A stretch of 64,000 bases of DNA from contig CAXXGJ010000017.1 in NCBI GenBank assembly GCA_963677895.2, positions 143,908-207,907 on the forward strand, read 5' to 3'. This document shows, in pieces, positions 56,364 through 64,000 of this stretch (position 1 is the stretch's first letter; every line of letters starts with the position of its first letter). This DNA is from Treponemataceae bacterium (GTDB taxonomy: Bacteria; Spirochaetota; Spirochaetia; Treponematales; Rectinemataceae). The notes below the pieces were generated by a model. It was not told the DNA's origin. It saw only the letters and a list, made by a program, of their open reading frames with translations, and did no database searches. The position numbers were made by a program, and so were the translations under genes.

Positions 56364-58274
56364 ATGACACAGACGATACCCCAGATGTTCATTGAAAAAG
56401 TGCGGAGCCAGCCGGAAGCCGTCGTCCAACTTTCCAAGGATAGCCACGGGGTATTCCAGCCGACCACCTATTCCGGCCTGCTGGATGTCGTGAAGGCCTT
56501 CGCTGCCGGACTCAGGAGCCTGGGCGCGGCGCGCGGCGACAGAATCGGACTCATCGCGGACAACAGAAAGGAGTGGCTCGCCGCCGATCTGGCCATCATG
56601 GGCATAGGAGCGGCTGATGTGCCCCGCGGCTGCGACGCGACCAACCAGGAGATCTCCTACATTTTGTCTTGGAGCGAATGCGTCATCGTGATCCTGGAAA
56701 ACGACAAGCTCCTCCACCGACTCTGCGGTCTCAGAGACTCCCTGCCTCTGCTCAAGACCATCATCCTTTTCGATCCGGCCGGCGAAAAATACGAATCCGA
56801 AGCCAGGGCGCTGGGCTTTGATCTCTACACCTACTCGCAGATCAGGGAAAAGGGTCTGGAGGCTGAGCGCGAACACCCCGGTTTCTATCTCGAGGAAGCG
56901 GAAAAGGGAAAGCGAAACGACCTCGCCACCATCATCTATACCTCAGGCACCACGGGCGAGCCCAAGGGCGTCATGCTGAGCCACGGCAACTTCCTCCACC
57001 AGACCGATTACCTTCCCGGATTTTTCGGCGTCAAGCCGGGGCACCTCTTCCTCTCCGTCCTGCCCGTCTGGCATGCCTTCGAGCGCATCGTCCAGTATGT
57101 CATTCTCGCGGGCGGCGCCATGGTGGCCTATTCCAAGCCCATCGGTTCCGTCCTCCTCGCCGACATGCAGGCCGTCCAGCCCCACTGGTTCACGTCGGTG
57201 CCGCGCATCTGGGAATCGGTGCAGGAAGGCGTCTACAAGAACCTCAAGCAGGCGAGTCCCGCGTTGCGGAACATTTTCACCTTCTTCGTAGGCATCGGCG
57301 AAAGCTATTCCTATTTCAGGAACCACCTTCTCAAGCTCGTTCCCGAATTCACGCCCAGATCGCGCGTCCTGGAAATCGCCTCCTCCATCATCCCCTTCAT
57401 TCTCCTAGGACCCGTATGGGAGCTGGGCAATCTCATCGTTTTCAGGAAGATCAAAGCCAAGCTGGGCAAGCGTTTCATCGCGGGCATATCGGGCGGCGGC
57501 GCCCTCCCCGGCTCGGTGGACCGTTTCTTCAACGCCATAGGCGTCCTCATCCTGGAAGGTTACGGCATCACGGAGACGGCGCCCGTCATCAGCCTGAGGC
57601 TGAGAAAGCATCCGGTCATCGGCACCGTCGGTCCGGCCCACAAGGGCACCGAGATCCGCATTCTCAACGAAAAGGGCGAACTCTTGGGGCCGGGCAAGAA
57701 GGGCCTCATCCAGGTACGCGGCCCTCAAGTGATGCTGGGGTACTACAAGAAGCCCGAACTCACCGCCAAGGCCATTTCGCCTGACGGCTGGTTCGATACG
57801 GGCGACCTCGGGATGATGACGCTCAACGGCGAGCTGAGGATAACGGGAAGGGCCAAGGACACGATCGTCCTTCGCGGCGGCGAGAACATCGAACCCGTCC
57901 CGATAGAACAGAAGCTCTGCGAAAGTCCCTACATACAGCAGGCCGTCGTCCTGGGACAGGACGAACGATACATCGCGGCGCTGATTGTCCCGAAGCAGGA
58001 CAACATCACTTCATGGGTGGAAGAGAACAATATACCCTTCGTGGATTACGAAACCCTGCTGCAGCAGCCCGAGGTGAAGGAACTGCTGGATTCCGAAATC
58101 TCGGATCTTATCAGCCCCAGGAATGGATTCAAGCCTTTCGAGAGGATTTTCAGGTTCGACATCCTCTCCGAGCCTTTCCAGCCCGGCAAGGAACTGTCGG
58201 CCAAGCAGGAGCTGAAGAGATTTGCCGTCAACGAGATTTACAAGAAGAAGATCAAGGCGCTCTTTTCGAAATAA
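56364..58274 (+). CDS. long-chain fatty acid--CoA ligase (AMP-dependent synthetase)
   Basis: IIYTSGTTGEPKGVMLSH, EGYGITE, WFDTGDLG, GRAKD.IVL.GGENIEP. Confidence 0.92.
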   Translation: MTQTIPQMFIEKVRSQPEAVVQLSKDSHGVFQPTTYSGLLDVVKAFAAGLRSLGAARGDRIGLIADNRKEWLAADLAIMGIGAADVPRGCDATNQEISYILSWSECVIVILENDKLLHRLCGLRDSLPLLKTIILFDPAGEKYESEARALGFDLYTYSQIREKGLEAEREHPGFYLEEAEKGKRNDLATIIYTSGTTGEPKGVMLSHGNFLHQTDYLPGFFGVKPGHLFLSVLPVWHAFERIVQYVILAGGAMVAYSKPIGSVLLADMQAVQPHWFTSVPRIWESVQEGVYKNLKQASPALRNIFTFFVGIGESYSYFRNHLLKLVPEFTPRSRVLEIASSIIPFILLGPVWELGNLIVFRKIKAKLGKRFIAGISGGGALPGSVDRFFNAIGVLILEGYGITETAPVISLRLRKHPVIGTVGPAHKGTEIRILNEKGELLGPGKKGLIQVRGPQVMLGYYKKPELTAKAISPDGWFDTGDLGMMTLNGELRITGRAKDTIVLRGGENIEPVPIEQKLCESPYIQQAVVLGQDERYIAALIVPKQDNITSWVEENNIPFVDYETLLQQPEVKELLDSEISDLISPRNGFKPFERIFRFDILSEPFQPGKELSAKQELKRFAVNEIYKKKIKALFSK

Positions 58275-58325
58275 TCGCCGGAAATCAGATGACCCCGCAA
58301 GGTCCGGGATGGGAATTGCGGGGGT

Positions 58326-59201
58326 TCATTCCACTTCGATGTCGCCGAGGACGCTCTTCACATGGAGGCGCTTCGTGCCCTGCCCTATCCGGTAAGCGCA
58401 TCTTCTCGGCCCGGCTCCCGAGGAAATAGTGGTGCCCGGCGAGTTGATCTGTCCGGAGAGGGTTTCGGCGCGGAACTCCACGTTCGCCACCTCCAGCATG
58501 AGATTGATGTCGCCCGAATAGGTATTGGCCTCGCCGCCGCCGAAAGCGCTGGCGAGTTCCAGTTCGATATCGCCCGAGTGCGAGATAAGCCTGATTCTGC
58601 CTTCCGGCTTTAATATGGAAATATCCCCGCTCTGCGTGAGGGCTATCACATTGCCTTTTACCCTGGATGCCTGAATATCGCCGCCCTGGGTCTCCACGTG
58701 AAGCGAACCGTTCAGCTTCGTGCATTTGACCGATCCGTCGATGGTGTTCACGGTGGCCGAGCCGCAGTTCAGCAAGGTTATCGATCCCTGTACGCTGGAG
58801 GCCTCGATATTGCGGGCTCCATGGATATGGATAGTGCCCAGTTCCGAAATGACGAGTATATCTATGTCGCAGTCCCTGATGTCTATTTCGCCCTTCATGC
58901 TGTGGACTTCAAGATCCTTGATGCGCGGGGGAATGCTCACGATGACGCTGGCAGTATAGATGTCCTTGGGCGTATCGTTGGTCATGATGAGAATGCTGTC
59001 GTGCCGGCGAACCGATGATTTCCACGCCGAAAGCAGGGAGGAAGTTCCATGCAGTTCGTACTCGGCATGAATAAGATCATCCGAAGAACTGTTGATAGTA
59101 ATCGCCCCCTCGGGGATTCGCAAAACCATGCGCTCGGCCGCCTCGGGCCCTACGGTTTCCTGAAAATATCGAATCTCGAGATCGGCGCTTTCACTCCTCA
59201 T
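58326..59201 (-). CDS. DUF4097-like beta-strand repeat protein
   Basis: Repeated (T/S)xxG(D/S)I motifs; RBS AAGGAG. Confidence 0.75.
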   Translation of the reverse strand: MRSESADLEIRYFQETVGPEAAERMVLRIPEGAITINSSSDDLIHAEYELHGTSSLLSAWKSSVRRHDSILIMTNDTPKDIYTASVIVSIPPRIKDLEVHSMKGEIDIRDCDIDILVISELGTIHIHGARNIEASSVQGSITLLNCGSATVNTIDGSVKCTKLNGSLHVETQGGDIQASRVKGNVIALTQSGDISILKPEGRIRLISHSGDIELELASAFGGGEANTYSGDINLMLEVANVEFRAETLSGQINSPGTTISSGAGPRRCAYRIGQGTKRLHVKSVLGDIEVE

Positions 59202-59373
59202 AGGTTCTCCTTGATGCGTCGCAAAACGCGCGATTGACATCCGAATCATATCATGGCTACGGTTTTTTGACTACCTTTTACGTTTGGAGGCTCTTTCACA
59301 TCCCGTAGCCTCGGCGGCTCGCTTCTCCGCCACGACAAATCCGCTTCGCGCCGATACATTTACCGGTCAATGC

Positions 59374-59420
59374 TTGACAAAGGAAAAAGAGAGAATTATC
59401 ATATGGTTTATAACATAAAC
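59374..59420 (+). promoter_or_regulatory. sigma70 promoter (TTGACA-17-TATCAT) followed by the palindrome GTTTAT-AAC-ATAAAC
   Basis: Palindrome at 59406-59420 overlaps the predicted transcription start; likely operator of the wHTH at 60118. Confidence 0.65.
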
Positions 59421-59437
59421 TAGTTTATGGAGGTGTT

Positions 59438-60121
59438 ATGAACGATAATGACATGAAAGAATCGCGCGAATCGGTCTCCATCGAGGAACTGGAGCGCACG
59501 CTCAGCGATCTGAGGTCGGCGGTGAGGGCTAGCAATCCCCTCCTGAGGGCTATCGCCTCCTCGCGCCTCTACCCCACCCTTTCCCTCATACTCGGCTTCG
59601 TATCCGTAGTCTTCTGCTTTGTGGCGAGGGCGGCCGAACGCAACCCCTCGGGCGGCGGCATCGGCGCCTGGAACTGGATTTTCCTCGTCGCCGTCTTCGT
59701 CATAGGCGGCGCGGGCAAGGTCATCATCACGTCGAGGCTGGCCGCGCGGCAGGGAGGGCGAAGTTTCTACGCCCTCATGACGGCGATCTACGGCGGCAAG
59801 GCGTCCACGTTGATCGCGAGTTCGGCCATCGCGATGATAGCCGGAGCCGTCTTCCTCGTATGGATCGGCCATCCCTGGTACATCGCCCCCATAACCGCCA
59901 TCTACACGGGTCTCGCCTCCCACGCCTTCGATCTCCTGATCGATCTGGCCGAATACCGAATCCTGGGTTGGGCGGCCATGGCGGCAGGCATCATCGCCCT
60001 CTTTTTCGTGGAGAACGACCCTCTGCTCTGGACGGCCATCGTGACGGCGGCGGTCTTCGTCGTCTTCGGTATCGTGGGGCTGGCGGCGGCTTCGGCGCGC
60101 GAGAAAGGCCAGCGTCGATGA
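59438..60121 (+). CDS. hypothetical multi-pass membrane protein
   Basis: RBS GGAGG; about 6 hydrophobic segments; coupled to the regulator gene. Confidence 0.75.
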   Translation: MNDNDMKESRESVSIEELERTLSDLRSAVRASNPLLRAIASSRLYPTLSLILGFVSVVFCFVARAAERNPSGGGIGAWNWIFLVAVFVIGGAGKVIITSRLAARQGGRSFYALMTAIYGGKASTLIASSAIAMIAGAVFLVWIGHPWYIAPITAIYTGLASHAFDLLIDLAEYRILGWAAMAAGIIALFFVENDPLLWTAIVTAAVFVVFGIVGLAAASAREKGQRR

Positions 60122-60447
60122 AGGATGAAGAAAGGAGCGCGCCGCCCGAATTCGACAAGGTGATCCACGAGCGGGCGCGTCTCAGGATTCTCGTCTACCT
60201 CGCCTCCTCGCAGGAGGCTGAGGTGGGCTTCACCGACATGAAGAAGGACCTGGCCATGACGGCGGGAAACCTCTCCGTGCAGCTCGGTACGCTGGAGGAA
60301 GCTGGCTACATCCTGCTGAGGAAAGCCTTTGTCGGGAAAAGGCCTTATACGGGAGCGAGCCTCACGCCGATCGGGAAGATGGCGCTCGAGCGTTATCTCA
60401 ATGAAATGGAATCGATGTTGGCGCTGCTGCGCGGCGGCAGGATATAG
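60118..60447 (+). CDS. winged-helix transcriptional regulator
   Basis: FDKVIHERARLRIL..L, F..MKK.L.MTAGNLSVQL..LEEAGYI...K.FVGKRP.T. Confidence 0.88.
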   Translation: MKDEERSAPPEFDKVIHERARLRILVYLASSQEAEVGFTDMKKDLAMTAGNLSVQLGTLEEAGYILLRKAFVGKRPYTGASLTPIGKMALERYLNEMESMLALLRGGRI

Positions 60448-60457
60448 GGAGGGCAGA

Positions 60458-61150
60458 ATGAGCATATTATCGTTGTCGGGAATCACGAAAATCTACAGGA
60501 AGGGCGATATCGAAGTCGCCGCGCTCGGAGGGATAGATCTGGAATTCGACAAAGAGGAATTCTGCGCCGTCGTCGGCCCCTCCGGCTCGGGCAAGACTAC
60601 CCTTCTCAACATCATCGGCTGCCTGGACAAACCTACGGCCGGAACGATGAAGTACAGGGGGCAGGAGCTCAGGATGCTCGGGGAAAAGGAGCTGTCGGCC
60701 TACCGTAGGGAACATGTCTCCTTCATCTTCCAATCCTACAACCTCATTCCCGTCCTCACCGTCGCCGAAAATGTCGAGATCCCCTTGAGCATAGCGGGCA
60801 AGCTCCAGAAGCGGGAAATGCGGAGGAAAGCCCTCGAGATCCTCGACGCCGTCGGCATCGCCGACAAAGCCAACAGATTTCCGCGCGAGCTTTCGGGCGG
60901 GCAGGAACAGCGCGTCGCCATCGCCAGGGCCCTGGTCAAGGACCCGGTCGTCGTCCTCGCGGACGAGCCGACGGCCAACCTCGACTCGCGCACGGCCGAC
61001 GAAATCGTCCGCCTCATGAAGTCGATCAACAAAAGCCTCCATACAACCTTCATTTTCTCCACCCACGACAAGATGATCATGGATGAGGCCCTGAGGGTCG
61101 TCCAGCTCCACGATGGACTGATAACGAAGGACGAGAGGAGGACGCTATGA
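60458..61150 (+). CDS. ABC transporter ATP-binding protein (LolD/MacB-like)
   Basis: [45 protein letters not shown]. Confidence 0.93.
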   Translation: MSILSLSGITKIYRKGDIEVAALGGIDLEFDKEEFCAVVGPSGSGKTTLLNIIGCLDKPTAGTMKYRGQELRMLGEKELSAYRREHVSFIFQSYNLIPVLTVAENVEIPLSIAGKLQKREMRRKALEILDAVGIADKANRFPRELSGGQEQRVAIARALVKDPVVVLADEPTANLDSRTADEIVRLMKSINKSLHTTFIFSTHDKMIMDEALRVVQLHDGLITKDERRTL

Positions 61151-62412
61151 CGAGGGTGCTGGTCGCGATCGCCTTCAGGAACGTGCTGAGGCATGGAAAA
61201 CGCACGCTCATCACCTCTCTCGTCCTCACCGCCGGCATCGGAATGTTCATCTTCTTCGACTCGATCCTGGCGGGGATGGACCGCATGACCATCGATTCGA
61301 TGGTCGACTATACCGAGTCGTCGATGCAGGTGACGACGGCGGAATACATGAAGGACAGCCGCGCCTTCCCCCTGAAATACGGGATACCTTCGCCCGAAGC
61401 GGTGATCGGACGCATCGACGAATTGCTTCCCGAAGCGGTCGCCTCGACGCCGCGGACGGCCTTTATGGCATACGCTTCCAACCGCATCGACAGCCTGCCC
61501 GCGATGGGCACGGCGATAGACCCGGTCCGCGACAGGAAGGTTTTCAAGCTCTCGGAACATCTCGCCGCCGGGGTCTGGCTGGATCCCGACGCGGCCGACA
61601 ACGAGATTCTCGTCGGCCAAGGGCTCGCGAAGGACTTGGGTCTGGGCGTAGGCGACTGGCTCGTTCTCTCCGCCAGGGCCGTCGACGACGCGTTGAACGC
61701 CGACGAGTTCCGGATTGTGGGCCTGCTCGACGTGCCCGCGCAGGAAGTGTCCCAAAGCGGCGTCTTCGTCAGCTACGGCGCGGCCAAGGCGCTTTTGGGC
61801 GAGGATCTGCCCGTGACGATGATCAATGTCTCATTGCCCAAATCCGCCACCCTCGATCAGGAACTGGGCAATTCCGAAAAAGCGGCGCAGGCGGTCTTGG
61901 GCGCCTTCCCCGGCTTAGCAGCGCGCCCCATCGCCGAGGCGGCCAAGGACTACATGGCCATGAGAAACATGAAGGCCAAGTATTCTTCGCTCATCATTCT
62001 CGTCGTCCTTCTCATCGCCGGCGTCGGCATCGTCAACACCGTGCTTATGAGCGTCTATTCGCGCATTAAGGAGATCGGCGTCCTGCGCGCCTACGGCATG
62101 CTCCCCGGCCAGATCAGGCGGCTCTTCTCCCTCGAAGGCATGATGATAGGCGTCATAGGCAGCCTGGGCGGCGTTCTCCTAGGCTGCGTCCTGACATGGT
62201 GGTCGATACGCTGGGGGATTCCCCTGGACAAGATGTTCGCTGGGCTCGACCTGGGCTCGATTCCCATAGGAGGAGCGCTGCGAGGCGAATGGCACCCGGC
62301 GACAATCATCCAAGGCTTCGCTTTCGGCGTGGTCGCTTCCTGGATTTCGGCTCGGATTCCCGCCAAGAAGGCGGGCAAGCTCGAGGTCACCGATGCCCTG
62401 CATTTCGTCTAA
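61147..62412 (+). CDS. ABC transporter permease (FtsX/LolCE-like)
   Basis: [37 protein letters not shown]...AL. Confidence 0.9.
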   Translation: MTRVLVAIAFRNVLRHGKRTLITSLVLTAGIGMFIFFDSILAGMDRMTIDSMVDYTESSMQVTTAEYMKDSRAFPLKYGIPSPEAVIGRIDELLPEAVASTPRTAFMAYASNRIDSLPAMGTAIDPVRDRKVFKLSEHLAAGVWLDPDAADNEILVGQGLAKDLGLGVGDWLVLSARAVDDALNADEFRIVGLLDVPAQEVSQSGVFVSYGAAKALLGEDLPVTMINVSLPKSATLDQELGNSEKAAQAVLGAFPGLAARPIAEAAKDYMAMRNMKAKYSSLIILVVLLIAGVGIVNTVLMSVYSRIKEIGVLRAYGMLPGQIRRLFSLEGMMIGVIGSLGGVLLGCVLTWWSIRWGIPLDKMFAGLDLGSIPIGGALRGEWHPATIIQGFAFGVVASWISARIPAKKAGKLEVTDALHFV

Positions 62413-62424
62413 AGGAGGCGGCGC

Positions 62425-63669
62425 ATGAAAATCATTCCCTTCGCGGCAAGGAACCTCCTCAGGAACAAGCGCAGGAGCGCGCTCGCGGCCACTTCGGTCT
62501 TCCTCTCCATCCTCATGGTCATCGTCCTCCAGGGCTTCACCAACGGATTCCTCGATTCCATGGTCAGGAACTACATAAAGAACGAAACCGGGCACATCAA
62601 CATCGCGACGAAAGGCTTCAGGGAACGCACGAGATTCCAGCCCGTCGACGAGTACATCGAAAACTCAGCTGGGCTCGCCGAGTCCATCAGGGCGGCCATA
62701 GCCCCGCGGGACCCGGGCGCTGTCGTGGCCGAAAGGATACGCTTCGGCGTTCTCCTCTCCTCCGAGAGCGGGAACAAGGAAGCGATGGCCATAGCGGGCG
62801 ATCCCGACGTGGAGCGCAGGCTCCTCATGCTCGACACGCGGATACTGCCGGGCGGCGCCTACATGGGCCCCATCGGCGAAACGATCCTGGGCGAGGCGCT
62901 CGCGGCCGATCTGGGGCTCAAGGTCGGCGACACGCTCAAGGTTGTGACGCAGAAGGCCGACGGTGGCCTCGGATTCAGGAAGCTGAGGATTTCCGGCCTC
63001 TTCAAGACAGGGGTCAACTCCCTCGACGGCATCGTGTTCCAGATGAGCCTGGCCGACGCAAGGATTCTCCTTGGCATGGAGAACGGGGCGCAGCAGATTT
63101 CCGTCACCCTTTCGGGGATGAGGGAGGTCGCGGTGACGGAGAAACTCGTGCGCGGCATTGTAGCTGACGGCGGGCTGACCTCGCTCTCGGTCCTGCCCTG
63201 GACCGCCATCGGCGAATATCCGAAAATGATCCAGCTGATGAGCGTCGTCTACTACTGGGTCTTCCTCTTCGTCGCCCTCCTGGGCTCCTTCATCATCGCC
63301 AACGTGATGACCATGGTGATCCTGGAACGCCGACGGGAGATCGGCATCCTGATGTCCATGGGCATGCCGAGGGGAAAAATCCTCGGGCTCTTCCTGACCG
63401 AAGGCACGATGCTGGGACTCATAGGCTCGCTCGCGGGGACGGCGATCGGCGTCGGGACTATCGCGCTCATGGCGCGCAAAGGTTTCGACATGACGAGCGC
63501 CATGGCGGGATTCTCCTGGCCACTCGACAACGTCATCTATCCGTCGGTCACGCCGGGAACCATTTTCATGGGCATTTTCATGGGAACCTTCGTCTCGGCG
63601 GCGATTTCCTACCTTCCCTCGCGGAAGGCGGCGAGGATGGCGCCGGTGGAAGCCATCAGATCAGTGTAG
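62425..63669 (+). CDS. ABC transporter permease (FtsX/LolCE-like)
   Basis: ARNLLRNKRRS, ERRREIGIL.SMG, PSRKAARM.PVEAI. Confidence 0.9.
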   Translation: MKIIPFAARNLLRNKRRSALAATSVFLSILMVIVLQGFTNGFLDSMVRNYIKNETGHINIATKGFRERTRFQPVDEYIENSAGLAESIRAAIAPRDPGAVVAERIRFGVLLSSESGNKEAMAIAGDPDVERRLLMLDTRILPGGAYMGPIGETILGEALAADLGLKVGDTLKVVTQKADGGLGFRKLRISGLFKTGVNSLDGIVFQMSLADARILLGMENGAQQISVTLSGMREVAVTEKLVRGIVADGGLTSLSVLPWTAIGEYPKMIQLMSVVYYWVFLFVALLGSFIIANVMTMVILERRREIGILMSMGMPRGKILGLFLTEGTMLGLIGSLAGTAIGVGTIALMARKGFDMTSAMAGFSWPLDNVIYPSVTPGTIFMGIFMGTFVSAAISYLPSRKAARMAPVEAIRSV

Positions 63670-63694
63670 CGCCCGGGCGCTGGGAGAAACGACG

Positions 63695-64000
63695 ATGAAA
63701 TCTATTTCGCATGCGACAATTTCGCTTTTTGCCACATTCCTGTTCTGCGCCGCGGGCGCGACGACGGCGGGCGCCCAAGCGGCGGGCGCCACCAGCTCGG
63801 CGGGCGCGGTGGGCGCCCAAGTTCTCGGCGCCTCCGAGATCCTCGCCAGGGTCGACGCGAACCAGCTCTATTCGACCATCTACTACGAAGGAAAGATGGA
63901 AATCGTCTCGGGAGCGCGGACGAAGGTGAAAACCATGAGGGCATGGGCGGCCGGGAGCAAGAAAGCCTTCATCGAATTCACGAATCCCGAGGACAGGGGC
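63695..64000 (+). CDS. outer-membrane lipoprotein-sorting (LolA-like) protein, truncated by the window edge
   Basis: Own translation MKSISHATISLFATFLFCAAG...ASEILARVDAN...KMEIVSGARTKVKTMRAW...AFIEFTNPEDRG; follows the two permeases. Confidence 0.75.
   Translation, partial: MKSISHATISLFATFLFCAAGATTAGAQAAGATSSAGAVGAQVLGASEILARVDANQLYSTIYYEGKMEIVSGARTKVKTMRAWAAGSKKAFIEFTNPEDRG

Noticed and set aside
1..64000. CRISPR arrays, tRNA/rRNA genes, prophage or defence systems
   Set aside because: No regularly spaced repeats, tRNA cloverleafs, or phage/defence motifs found by eye; a tRNAscan or Infernal run would be definitive

Overview
High-GC bacterial chromosome segment, probably an anaerobic Spirochaetota (Treponema/Rectinema-like). 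This is inferred from the gene set and lipoprotein types and was not checked by search. It holds about 60 CDSs. (1) 1-11.7 kb: TetR-controlled divergent cluster with two alpha/beta hydrolases, a Liv-type ABC importer, an SDR, two non-canonical KAS III (FabH-like) enzymes and a CoA transferase. (2) 11.7-40.5 kb: housekeeping and mixed genes (PadR operon, tatD, pepP, rel, prmC, prfA, serS, murQ/RpiR regulator, rpsP-khpA-rimM-trmD-rplS). (3) about 40.7-55.1 kb: an accessory island, the most interesting part, encoding an apparently uncharacterised anaerobic catabolic pathway. It has a PAS/YheO regulator, a variant MLE-type enolase, a Rid protein, a creatininase-family hydrolase, a 4-subunit 2-oxoacid:ferredoxin oxidoreductase, an active-site-variant 4-hydroxybutyryl-CoA dehydratase homologue, thiolase/Hbd/crotonase, a LarA-like protein and a YfcC transporter. 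An orphan NiCo-like riboswitch lies on its left and pfkB and IS630 relics on its right. (4) 55.2-64 kb: dus, acyl-CoA synthetase, DUF4097 protein and a LolCDE/LolA-like ABC operon. At least eight genes have sigma70 promoters ending 6-9 nt before the start codon, suggesting widespread leaderless translation. No rRNA, tRNA, CRISPR array or intact mobile element was seen. All assignments come from reading motifs by eye; no database searches were run.
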